From: Haliotis rufescens
Taxonomy: Eukaryota
Length of the DNA: 64,000 bases
NCBI RefSeq assembly: GCF_023055435.1
Contig: NW_025963824.1
Span: 35,340,001-35,404,000 of the forward strand
Direction: 5' to 3'
Shown piece by piece: positions 25,148-36,259 of the stretch (positions are counted from its first letter, which is position 1; every line of letters starts with the position of its first letter). The notes under the pieces were generated by a model. That model was not told where the DNA came from. It searched no databases and was given only the letters and a program-made list of their open reading frames with translations. A program made the translations under genes and the position numbers.

Positions 25148-27865
25148 ACTATCGTTAAGTGTAGGACTGCGACAGCACGACTAGTGTCTGTGTTTAGGTG
25201 TAGGACCGTGACAGCACGACTATCGTTAAGTGTAGGACCGTGACAGCACGACTAGTGTCTGTGTTTAGGTGTAGGACCGTGACAGCACGACTAGTGTCTG
25301 TGTTTAGGTGTAGGACCGTGACAGCACGACTAGTGTCTGTGTTTAGGTGTAGGACCGTGACAGCACGACTAGTGTCTGTGTTTAGGTGTAGGACCGTGAC
25401 AGCACGACTATCGTTAAGTGTAGGACCGTGACAGCACGACTAGTGTCTGTGTTTAGGTGTAGGACCGTGACAGCATGACTAGTGTCTGTGTTTAGGTGTA
25501 GGACCGTGACAGCACGACTAGTGTCTGTGTTTAAGTGTAGGACCGTGACAGCACGACTAGTGTCTGTGTTTAGGTGTAGGACCGTGACAGCACGACTAGT
25601 GTCTGTGTTTAAGTGTAGGACCGTGACAGCACGACTAGTGTCTGTGTTTAGGTGTAGGACCGTGACATCACGACTAGTGTCTGTGTTTAAGTGTAGGACC
25701 GTGACAGCACGACTAGTGTCTGTGTTAAGGTGTAGGACCGTGACAGCACGACTAGTGTCTATGTTTAAGTGTAGGACCGTGACAGCACGACTAGTGTCTG
25801 TGTTTAAGTGTAGGACCGTGACAACACGACTAGTGTCTGTGTTTAGGTGTAGGACCGTGACAGCATGACAAGTGTCTGTGTTTAGGTGTAGGACCGTGAC
25901 AGCACGACTAGTGTCTGTGTTAAGGTGTAGGACCGTGACAGCACGACTAGTGTCTGTGTTTAGGTGTAGGACCGTGACAGCACGACTAGTGTCTGTGTTT
26001 AAGTGAAGGACCGTGACAGCACGACTAGTGTCTGTGTTAAGGTGTAGGACCGTAACAGCACGACTAGTGTCTGTGTTAAGGTGTAGGACCGTGACAGCAC
26101 GACTAGTGTCTGTGTTTAAGTGTAGGACCGTGACAGCATGACGAGTGTCTGTGTTTAAGTGTAGGACCGTGACAGCATGACTCGTATCTGTGTTTAAGTG
26201 AAGGACCGTGACAGCATGACTAGTGTCTGTGTTTAGGTGTAGGACCGTGACAGCACGACTAGTGTCTGTGTTTAAGTGTAGGACCGTGACAGCACGACTA
26301 GTGTCTGTGTTTAGGTGTAGGACCGTGACAGCACGACTATCGTTAAGTGTAGGACCGTGACAGCACGACTAGTGTCTGTGTTTAAGTGTAGGACCGTGAC
26401 AGCACGACTAGTGTCTGTGTTTAAGTGTAGGACCGTGACAGCACGACTAGTGTCTGTGTTTAGGTGTAGGACCGTGACAGCACGGCTAGTGTCTGTGTTT
26501 AGGTGTAGGACCGTGACAGCACAACTAGTGTCTGTGTTTAAGTGTAGGACCGTGACAGCACAACTAGTGTCTGTGTTTAAGTGTAGGACCGTGACAGCAC
26601 GACTAGTGTCTGTGTTTAAGTGTAGGACCGTGACAGCATGACAAGTGTCTGTGTTTATGTGTAGGACCGTGACAGCACGACAAGTGTCTGTGTTTAAGTG
26701 TAGGACCGTGACAGCACGACTAGTGTCTGTGTTTAAGTGTAGGACCGTGACAGCACGACTAGTGTCTGTGTTTAGGTGTAGGACCGTGACAGCACGACTA
26801 TCGTTAAGTGTAGGACGGTGACAGCACAACTAGTGTCTGTGTTTAAGTGTAGGACCGTGACAGCATGACTAGTGTCTGTGTTTAAGTGTAGGACCGTGAC
26901 AGCACGACTAGTGTCTGTGTTTAGGTGTAGGACCGTGACAGCACGACTAGTGTCTGTGTTTAAGTGTAGGACCGTGACAGGACGACTAGTGTCTGTGTTT
27001 AAGTGTAGGACCGTGACAGCACGACTAGTGTCTGTGTTTAGGTATAGGACCGTGACAGCATGACTAGTGTCTGTGTTTAGGTGTAGGACCGTGACAGCAC
27101 GACTAGTGTCTGTGTTTAGGTGTAGGACCGTGACAGCACGACTAGTGTCTGTGTTTAGGTGTAGGACCGTGACAGCACGACTAGTGTCTGTGTTTAAGTG
27201 TAGGACCGTGACAGCACGACTAGTGTCTGTGTTTAAGTGTAGGACCGTGACAGCACGACTAGTGTCTGTGTTTAAGTGTAGGACCGTGACAGCACGACTA
27301 GTGTCTGTGTTTAGGTGTAGGACCGTGACAGCATGACTAGTGTCTGTGTTTAGGTGTAGGACCGTGACAGCACGACTAGTGTCTGTGTTTAGGTGTAGGA
27401 CCGTGACAGCACGACTAGTGTCTGTGTTTAGGTGTAGGACCGTGACAGCACGACTAGTGTCTGTGTTTAAGTGTAGGACCGTGACAGCACGACTAATGTC
27501 TGTGTTTAAGTGTAGGACCGTGACAACACGACTAGTGTCTGTGTTTAGGTGTAGGACCGTGACAGCATGACAAGTGTCTGTGTTTAGGTGTAGGACCGTG
27601 ACAGCACGACTAGTGTCTGTGTTTAGGTGTAGGACCGTGACAGCACGACTAGTGTCTGTGTTTAGGTGTAGGACCGTGACAGCACGACTAGTGTCTGTGT
27701 TTATGTGTAGGACCGTGACAGCACGACTAGTGTCCTTGTTTAAGTGTAGGACCGTGACAACACGACTAGTGTCTGTGTTTAGGTGTAGGACCGTGACAGC
27801 ATGACAAGTGTCTGTGTTTAGGTGTAGGACCGTGACAGCACGACTAGTGTTTGTGTTAAGGTGTT
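25148..27865. repeat. 39-bp minisatellite, about 70 copies (gtgtaggaccgtgacagcacgactagtgtctgtgtttar), with occasional 32-bp units
   Basis: Highly homogeneous units; source of the RCRTVTARLVSVF and DTSRAVTVLHLNT ORFs. Confidence 0.98.
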
Positions 27866-27881
27866 GAAACTGCCGCATCAA

Positions 27882-27940
27882 GAGCGAGTGAGCTAAACTT
27901 TAACGTCGCATCGGCAGTATTTCAGCCACATAGCGACGAC
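27882..27940 (-). mobile_element. Retroposon 3' tail (related to the A/C/D tail)
   Basis: gagtgagctaaacttttaacgtcgcatcggcagtatttcagcca; similar tail at 2861-2915. Confidence 0.6.
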
Positions 27941-28257
27941 ACCAAGCTAATATATTAACAATTAAGTTATTTATGCAAAGTTATATTTAAAAACAGTTTA
28001 TTAGACATAGTTGAGCATAACAAGAGATATACTGTGCGATAAAGGTAGGGGAAAGGAGGAATCATCAAACCTATCTTTTGATCTATTATGTTATTGGCAA
28101 ATGGAAATGATCTGATCATGGAGTATGGTGTAGGCGATCATATCTAATGGGTTCTAATGGTTGGTGTGATAAAATGGTGGCGCCCTAGATCGTTACAGAG
28201 GTAGAGAAAGAGAGAACTACAAACCTCACAAGGACAAGAGATAGATTGAAACGACTG

Positions 28258-28535
28258 TTACGTCATGTCTAAAAGGAGTTTGCGTCTAAAAATGGAAAGC
28301 TTACATGTTTCACGTAATGTTCTGTTTGGGTGTGGGCCTCTTAATGAGTGTTTACGATGTACAGTTAGCTGGACTAGAAACCCACAGTGTGTCTGATTGA
28401 TGGGAGTACAGAACATTGATTTAGAAACCAATGCATGAGGACACACAGCAGCATAGTTTGTTGTGAGATGATTAACTTTGATTGACTGCCTCATCGACAG
28501 ATTGTTCTTAACACATGCTTCTTCATCCATTAGCA
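28258..28535 (-). pseudogene. Possible decayed C-terminus of a CR1/L2-group LINE ORF2
   Basis: Translation ...RKHSLRGPHPNRTLRETCKLSIFRRKLLLDMT* loosely resembles the GP.LWN.LP..R....L..FK.KL end motif. Confidence 0.3.
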
Positions 28536-28539
28536 TCGT

Positions 28540-28709
28540 GGGGCGGTCGGGTAGCCTAGTGGTTTCGCTCGTCACGCCGAAGACCCAGGTTCGATTCCCG
28601 ACATGGCTACAATGTGTGAAGCCCATTTCTGGTGTCCCCCGCCGTGATATTGCGGGAATATTGCTAAAAGCGGCGTAAAACCATACTCACTCACTCACTC
28701 ACTCACTCA
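28540..28709 (+). mobile_element. SINE family A with imperfect 11-bp TSD
   Basis: cattagcatcg / cattatcatcg flanks; (CACT)n tail. Confidence 0.93.
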
Positions 28710-28764
28710 TTATCATCGCTGATTCAAGGGGTCGGTCAGTATTCTACAATTTTCAGGAGGCACG

Positions 28765-28890
28765 GATGGCTCGCCAGAAACCTAGGATCATGGGTTCGAA
28801 TCCCGGTTCGCACAGATTCTGTTTCCGGGTTTGTCAGCACCATACCCGTTTCTCCGAAGTGGTAAACGTCCAAGACCTGCATCACATCGA
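28765..28890 (+). mobile_element. SINE family D, 5' part
   Basis: B-box gggttcgaatcccggttcg then gtttgtcagcaccatacccg...ccgaagtggtaaacgtc. Confidence 0.75.
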
Positions 28891-29204
28891 GCTATCATCG
28901 AGCTATCGTCAAAATGAAACGTGATATTACTATTCACAGAGGCTTTATTGAAACAACAAACAACATGCCCCTGTAGGCTAGCCTAGGTACACGAGACACA
29001 CCGACAACCGTTCTTCACATTTCCATAACTAGGGGGAACATATTTGGATGCCCTTCCCAATCATTTCCTTTTGATTTCAAACAATGTGTTTTGCTCATCA
29101 TTCATGTATTGTTTGTCTTTCCAACCTTTGGGAAGTGGTCCCAGCGTTCTTTCCTTATGTTCCCATTTCTTCCCTTGTGCCACTCGGTCCCTCCTTTCTT
29201 CCTA

Positions 29205-29385
29205 CCATTCTCCGTGTCGTCACATTCTCCGTGTCGTCACATTCTCCGTGTCGTCACATTCTCCGTGTCGTCACATTCTCCGTATCGTCACATTCTCCGT
29301 GTCGTCACATTCTCCGTGTCGTCACATTCTCCGTATCGTCACATTCTCCGTATCGTCACATTTTCCGTATCGTAACATTCTCCGA
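29205..29385. repeat. 17-bp tandem repeat (cacattctccgtgtcgt), about 10 copies
   Basis: Direct inspection. Confidence 0.92.
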
Positions 29386-29518
29386 CTTCACAACTTTCAC
29401 GACTTCACGACTTCACGCTTTCTCCAAACAATCTACCGGGGAGGAGTTTCTGAAATCTTAATTCCTATCCCTTGAATTTGTCCAATTATACAACTTTTTG
29501 AGACACGCGTGAACCATG

Positions 29519-30905
29519 TTAAAGATAACAGTCAAGGGCTTCGCTCTGTGTACACCCTGTAGCCGAGTTTAAGTACAAACAAGCGGCTTCCTCGATGTAT
29601 TGATGTTCCTTTGCTGACTTTCAGCCGACATGACTTCGCTCTTAGCGCATGAATACAACTGGCGAAAGAAGGTCCTTGCACCTGTACTGGACCGCCAAAG
29701 GAAGTGCCCTTCGGTCTCAAAACAAACCTATTTTCTGGAAATCTATATTTGGTGATAAAAGGTAACATCTTGTGGCATCAGACGTGTTTACGCTGTCAAG
29801 ATTACCGCTTGTTCTTTCTGAACTGTTTTGTTCTTGTTTAACGCTGTATGGAGCTTTTAAGTCTTTGATGTCGGCTTGTTTTTGATGATATACGGAACAT
29901 CTTAAAAAAAAAGATGATGACATTTGTTTGGCATCGTTTTCATGTTGCCTCATCAGTGTTTTTAGTGTAAGTTTCATTAACAGATCACAAGCGTCCCTGA
30001 TGAGTTCTTGTCTGTGTCTTTGTCACACCGTAATTGCTACTACATATATTCTCTCTCTATCTCGTGCTCCCTCTTCTCTATGTGCTTCTCCGTCTCTCCT
30101 CTTCTCTCTGTCTCTCTCCTGCTCTATCTTGCTCTCTCTATCTCGCGCTCCCTCTTCTCTATGTGCTTCTCCCTCTCTCCTCTTCTCTCTGTCTCTCTCC
30201 TGCTCTATCTTGCTCTCACTATCTCGCGCTGCCTCTTCTCTATGTGCTTCTCCGTCTCTCCTCTTCTCTCTGTCTCTCTCCTGCTCTATCTTGCTCTCTC
30301 TGTCTCGCGCTCCCTCTTCTCTATGTGCTTCTCCGTCTCTCCTCTTCTCTCTGTCTCTCTCCAGCTCTATCTTGCTCTCTCTATCTCGCGCTCCCTCTTC
30401 TCTATGTGCTTCTCCGTCTCTCCTCTTCTCTCTGTCTCTCTCCTGCTCTATCTTGCTCTCTCTATCTCGCGCTCCCTCTTCTCTATGTGCTTCTCCGTCT
30501 CTCCTCTTCTCTGTCTCTCTCCTGCTCTATCTTGCTCTCTCTATCTCGCGCTCCCTCTTCTCTATGTGCTTCTCCGTCTCCCCTCTTCTCTCTGTATCTC
30601 GCTTTCTCTTTCTCCATATATGTCTCCTCTCTTCTCTCTATCTCTCACTCTTTCTTCTCCACATCTGTATCTGTCTCTCTCCTCTCTCTCTCTCTATCTA
30701 TCTCTCCTTAAAAAAAGTTCTCTTTCATTGTCATTTACCAACTGACAAATCTTCCCCAGTTTCTGCAGAACAACCCCCTTCCAATATTCTTCAGTCCTGT
30801 TCTTCCTCAGTCATGTTGTCCTTTCTACCTATTGCAAATTTCTCACCTGTCAGTCAACCTTTTTCAAGAACAAGTCTGGATTTCAAATTTGAAATGGTAT
30901 ATGGT
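29519..30905 (-). pseudogene. Putative decayed ORF for an E/R/D/K-rich protein with 27-aa repeats (RDRESKIEQERDREKRRDGEAHREEGA)
   Basis: Reading across two frameshifts gives ...MTEEEQD*RILEGGCSAETGEDLSVGK*Q*KRTFF../..EKKE*EIERREETYMEKEKARYREK[repeats]IYVVAITV*QRHRQELIRDACDLLMKLTLKTLMRQHEN...; 8 of 9 internal stops are TGA. Confidence 0.4.
30050..30595. repeat. 81-bp CT-rich minisatellite, about 6.7 copies
   Basis: Period equals 27 codons; one unit has a 2-nt loss near 30505. Confidence 0.95.
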
Positions 30906-30986
30906 AGTTAAAACAGAGCAATATCTACAATTAGGATAATTTTTCAACGCAAATAATCACATTAAATGTTCATTTTCAAATTGGAA

Positions 30987-31184
30987 TGACGTCACCTGAC
31001 ACGTGGGGATAGGTAAGGGAGGTAATCACGTGTTTGAGGGTGCACGTGTTTCTCCTCTCCACCACAGCAAGGTATTGGACGACGGTGTACAATAAGCAAT
31101 GAAAAGCACTTGATCAACATGGATTAAAATGGGATAATATTAGACACGTGCGCAGCATTAGACAAGCTAGACCCGGGCTATAAA
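30987..31184. promoter_or_regulatory. Candidate promoter: CRE, four CACGTG E-boxes, TATAAA
   Basis: TGACGTCA 30987-30994; CACGTG at 31000, 31027, 31043, 31145; TATAAA 31179-31184. Confidence 0.35.
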
Positions 31185-32137
31185 GAATAGCTTAAACAAC
31201 AGATGCTACTCCCGTATGCAAATAATACCTCCCTCTTTTCCCGCTTAAAATCGTTGCACACATTGTTACAAGTGTCTTTGTTGAACACTACAGTATTGAT
31301 CAGTAATACAAATATACCGCTACTAAAGACAATGTTTATCGCTATTCCTTCAAGACTGCATGTATATATACAGGCGCCTGACCCGACCTTAGTTAGTACC
31401 CGCCCCTCCTCAGCACAATTAAGTATTTCCAATATCCCAATTTTCTAACAAGAATGTTCCTTCTACAGCAAACAGCGAGATATAGAGCCCAGCAATTTAA
31501 GTAAGTGGTCGTCTCTCATTTCCAGGCTGTTGAGTGACCAGCGGTCAATCGTCCAACCATCCCACTTCACCGTTTGTTTACACAAAATATTTCCGATCAA
31601 TGGAGTATTGATGTTCAATATTTATGAATGTGTTCGAGCAAACATCGCTAGGAGAAGCAGTTACGCTGACTAACCCCAGGTATTAGCTCAGACGTCGCTC
31701 TCAATGCTGGCGTGTTAAATTACCCTCGACTTTTTGTTCGTCATATAATAAATATTTTTGGGACAATATTTTCCTCTTCACGGGCTGGTATTGTCAGAAC
31801 GTAATGGTCTGGTTGATTTATTTTCGCTGTTGGCGTGTTTTGGTATTTCGTGTGCATATTTGGTCTAATTGGGCAATTATGCTTGCATAATAGGTACAAA
31901 TACACATTCGTGGGAATTCTTGAACCCAAGGGTCTGAAAAAACCCGCGTCAAATCGCAAGGATCATTATCAATATTGTTATGACAGTGGGCCATTGGATC
32001 ATGCAAGCAGATTGCTAGTTGGGTATTTTAGAACCTATGCACGCTGGCAGTTTATTGATTCAAACTATTTTCTATTTTCTACTTTACTTGAATGAATGTA
32101 AGACGGAAAAGAGAGGATATTTAGGTCTGTCAAACAT

Positions 32138-35100
32138 ATGGCATTCACACTCACATATAGTGGAGATTCTTCAACGATCTGGGCAAACACGCTTCACTTT
32201 GACAATATACACATACTCGGCCGAATACCCGACGTGTCCTTGGCTACATCCACCACCACTGCTACATCTACAACTACCACTGCTACATCTACAGCTACCA
32301 CTGCTACATCTACAACTACCACTACTACATCTACAACTACCACTACTACATCTACAACTACCATTGCTACATCTATAACTACCACTGCTACATCTACAAC
32401 TACCACTGCTACATCTACAACTACCACTACTACATCTACAACTACCAGTGCTACATCTACAACTACCACCACTACTACATCTACAACTACCACTACTACA
32501 TCTACAACTACCACTGCTACATCTACAACTACCACTACTACATCTACAACTACCACTACTACATCTACAACTACCACTGCTACATCTACAACTACCACTG
32601 CTACATCTACAACTACCACTGCTACATCTACAACTACCACTACTACATCTACAATCACCACTACTACATCTACAATCACCACTACTACATCTACAACTAC
32701 CACTGCTACATCTACAGCTACCACTGCTACATCTACAGCTACCACTGCTACATCTAAAACTACCACTACTACATCTACAACTACCACTGCTACATCTACA
32801 ACTACCACCACTTCTACATCTACAACTACCACTGCTACATCTACAACTACCACTGCTACATCTACAGCTACCACTACTACATCTACAACTACCACTGCTA
32901 CATCTACAGCTACCACTGCTACATCTACAACTACCACTACTACATCTACAACTACCACTGCTACATCTACAACTACCACTGCTACATCTACAACTACCAC
33001 TACTACATCTACAATCACCACTACTACATCTACAATCACCACTACTACATCTACAACTACCACTGCTACATCTACAGCTACCACTGCTACATCTACAACC
33101 ACCACCACTGCTACATCTACAACTACCACTGCTACATCTACAACTACCACCACTGCTACATCTACAACTACCACTGCTACATCTACAATCACCACTACTA
33201 CATCTACAACTACCACTGCTACATCTACAACTACCACTGCTACATCTACAACTACAACTGCTACATCTACAACCACCACTACTACATCTACAACTACCAC
33301 TGCTACATCTACAACTACCACTGCTACATCTACAACTACCACTGCTACATCTACAACTACCACTACTACATCTACAACTACCACTACTACATCTACAACT
33401 ACCACTGCTACATCTACAACTACCATTGCTACATCTACAACTACCACTACTACATCTACAACTACCACTGCTACATCTACAATCACCACTACTACATCTA
33501 CAACTACCACTGCTACATCTACAGCTACCACTGCTACATCTACAACCACCACCACTGCTACATCTACAACTACCACTGCTACATCTACAACTACCACCAC
33601 TGCTACATCTACAACTACCACTGCTACATCTACAATCACCAATACTACATCTACAACTACCACTGCTACATCTACAACTACCACTGCTACATCTACAACC
33701 ACCACTACTACATCTACAACTACCACTGCTACATCTACAACTACCACTGCTACATCTACAACTACCACTGCTACATCTACAACTACCACTGCTACATCTA
33801 CAACTACCACTACTACATCTACAACTACCACTACTACATCTACAACTACCACTGCTACATCTACAACTACCACTGCTACATCTACAACTACCACTGCTAC
33901 ATCTACAACCACCACCACTGCTACATCTACAACTACCACTGCTACATCTACAACCACCACCACTGCTACATCTACAGCTACCACTGCTACATCTACAACC
34001 ACCACCACTGCTACATCTACAACTACCACTGCTACATCTACAACTACCACCACTGCTACATCTACAACTACCACTGCTACATCTACAATCACCACTACTA
34101 CATCTACAACTACCACTGCTACATCTACAACTACCACCACTGCTACATCTACAACTACCACTGCTACATCTACAATCACCAATACTACATCTACAACTAC
34201 CACTGCTACATCTACAACTACCACTGCTACATCTACAACCACCACTACTACATCTACAACTACCACTGCTACATCTACAACTACCACTGCTACAGCTACA
34301 ACTACCACTGCTACATCTACAACTACCACTGCTACATCTACAACTACCACTACTACATCTACAACTACCACTACTACATCTACAACTACCACTGCTACAT
34401 CTACAACTACCACTGCTACATCTACAACTACCACTGCTACATCTAAAACTACCACTACTACATCTACAACTACCACTGCTACATCTACAATCACCACTAC
34501 TACATCTACAACTACCACTGCTACATCTACAGCTACCACTGCTACATCTACAACCACCACTGCTACATCTACAACTACCACTGCTACATCTACAACTACC
34601 ACCATTGCTACATCTACAACTACCACTGCTACATCTACAACTACCACCACTGCTACATCTACAACTACCACTGCTACATCTACAATCACCACTACTACAT
34701 CTACAACTACCACTGCTACATCTACAACTACCACTGCTACATCTACAACCACCACTACTACATCTACAACTACCACTGCTACATCTACAACTACCACTGC
34801 TACATCTACAACTACCACTACTACATCTACAACTACCACTACTACATCTACAACTACCACTGCTATATCTACAACTACCACTGCTACATCTACAACTACC
34901 ATTGCTACATCTACAACTACCACTACTACATCTACAACTACCACTGCTACATCTACAATCACCACTACTACATCTACAACTACCACTGCTACATCTACAA
35001 CTACCACTGCCACAGCTACAGCTACCACTGCTACATCTACAACCACCACCACTGCTACATCTACAACTACCACTGCTACATCTACAACTACCACTGCTCC

Positions 35101-36259
35101 ATCTACAACCACCACTACTACATCTACAACTACCACTGATACATCTATAACTACCACTGCTACATCTACAACTACCACTGCTACATCTACAACTACCACT
35201 GCTACATCTACAACTACCACCACTACTACATCTACAACTACCACCACTACTACATCTACAACTACCACTACTACATCTACAACTACCACTGCTACATCTA
35301 CAACTACCACTGCTACATCTACAACTACCACTGCTACATCTACAACTACCACTGCTACATCTACAACTACCACTGCTACATCTACAACTACCACCACTAC
35401 TACATCTACAACTACCACTGCTACATCTACAACTACCACTGCTACATCTACAACTACCACTGCTACATCTACAACTACCAGTGCTACATCTACAACTACC
35501 ACCACTACTACATCTACAACTACCACTACTACATCTACAACTACCACTGCTACATCTACAACTACCACTGCTAAATCTACAACTACCACTGCTACAGCTA
35601 CAACTACCACTGCTACATCTACAACTACCACTGCTACATCTACAACTACCACTGCTACATCTACAACTACCACCACTACTACATCTACAACTACCACTGC
35701 TACATCTACAACTACCACTGCAACATCTACAACTACCACTGCTATATCTACAACTACCACTGCTACATCTACAACTACCACTACTACATCTATAACTACC
35801 ACTGCTACATCTACAACTACCACTGCTACATCTACAACTACCACTGCTACATCTACAACTACCACTGCAACATCTACAACTACCACTGCTATATCTACAA
35901 CTACCACTGCTACATCTACAACTACCACTACTACATCTATAACTACCACTGCTACATCTACAACTACCACTGCTACATCTACAACTACCACTGCTACATC
36001 TACAACTACCACTGCTACATCTACAACTACAATCACCACTACTACATCTACAACTACCACCACTACTACATCTACAACTACCACCACTACTACATCTACA
36101 ACTACCACTACTACATCTACAACTACCACTGCTACATCTACAACCACCAATGATACATCTACAACTACCACTGCTACATATACAACTACCGATGCTACAT
36201 CTACAACTACCACTGCTGCATCTACAACTACCACTGCTACAACTGGCCCAGTCGTCTAA
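32138..36259 (+). CDS. Thr/Ser/Ala-rich mucin-like ORF (1373 aa), coding status doubtful
   Basis: ATG-initiated ORF of (TATSTTT)n; no signal peptide; stop codon lies inside a SINE head; reverse strand equally open. Confidence 0.15.
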   Translation: MAFTLTYSGDSSTIWANTLHFDNIHILGRIPDVSLATSTTTATSTTTTATSTATTATSTTTTTTSTTTTTTSTTTIATSITTTATSTTTTATSTTTTTTSTTTSATSTTTTTTTSTTTTTTSTTTTATSTTTTTTSTTTTTTSTTTTATSTTTTATSTTTTATSTTTTTTSTITTTTSTITTTTSTTTTATSTATTATSTATTATSKTTTTTSTTTTATSTTTTTSTSTTTTATSTTTTATSTATTTTSTTTTATSTATTATSTTTTTTSTTTTATSTTTTATSTTTTTTSTITTTTSTITTTTSTTTTATSTATTATSTTTTTATSTTTTATSTTTTTATSTTTTATSTITTTTSTTTTATSTTTTATSTTTTATSTTTTTTSTTTTATSTTTTATSTTTTATSTTTTTTSTTTTTTSTTTTATSTTTIATSTTTTTTSTTTTATSTITTTTSTTTTATSTATTATSTTTTTATSTTTTATSTTTTTATSTTTTATSTITNTTSTTTTATSTTTTATSTTTTTTSTTTTATSTTTTATSTTTTATSTTTTATSTTTTTTSTTTTTTSTTTTATSTTTTATSTTTTATSTTTTTATSTTTTATSTTTTTATSTATTATSTTTTTATSTTTTATSTTTTTATSTTTTATSTITTTTSTTTTATSTTTTTATSTTTTATSTITNTTSTTTTATSTTTTATSTTTTTTSTTTTATSTTTTATATTTTATSTTTTATSTTTTTTSTTTTTTSTTTTATSTTTTATSTTTTATSKTTTTTSTTTTATSTITTTTSTTTTATSTATTATSTTTTATSTTTTATSTTTTIATSTTTTATSTTTTTATSTTTTATSTITTTTSTTTTATSTTTTATSTTTTTTSTTTTATSTTTTATSTTTTTTSTTTTTTSTTTTAISTTTTATSTTTIATSTTTTTTSTTTTATSTITTTTSTTTTATSTTTTATATATTATSTTTTTATSTTTTATSTTTTAPSTTTTTTSTTTTDTSITTTATSTTTTATSTTTTATSTTTTTTTSTTTTTTTSTTTTTTSTTTTATSTTTTATSTTTTATSTTTTATSTTTTATSTTTTTTTSTTTTATSTTTTATSTTTTATSTTTSATSTTTTTTTSTTTTTTSTTTTATSTTTTAKSTTTTATATTTTATSTTTTATSTTTTATSTTTTTTTSTTTTATSTTTTATSTTTTAISTTTTATSTTTTTTSITTTATSTTTTATSTTTTATSTTTTATSTTTTAISTTTTATSTTTTTTSITTTATSTTTTATSTTTTATSTTTTATSTTTITTTTSTTTTTTTSTTTTTTTSTTTTTTSTTTTATSTTTNDTSTTTTATYTTTDATSTTTTAASTTTTATTGPVV
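32243..36244. repeat. 21-bp trinucleotide-derived minisatellite (actgctacatctacaactacc), about 185 units
   Basis: Mostly 21-nt units with 3-nt length variants; block duplications with 360, 540 and 147 bp spacing. Confidence 0.98.

Noticed and set aside
25148-27865. CRISPR-like regular repeats (also the 31-, 37-, 40- and 52-bp arrays)
   Set aside because: Units are contiguous with no unique spacers, no cas genes, eukaryotic context
25240-27881. ORFs up to 369 aa
   Set aside because: Pure translations of the 39-bp (13-codon) minisatellite
29928-30911. Plus-strand Ser/Leu-rich ORFs (327, 245, 225 aa)
   Set aside because: Antisense shadows of a CT-rich repeat; pyrimidine-rich strands lack stops
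32194-36234. 1346-aa Val-rich and 900-aa Leu/His/Gln/Pro ORFs
   Set aside because: Alternative frames of the 21-bp array
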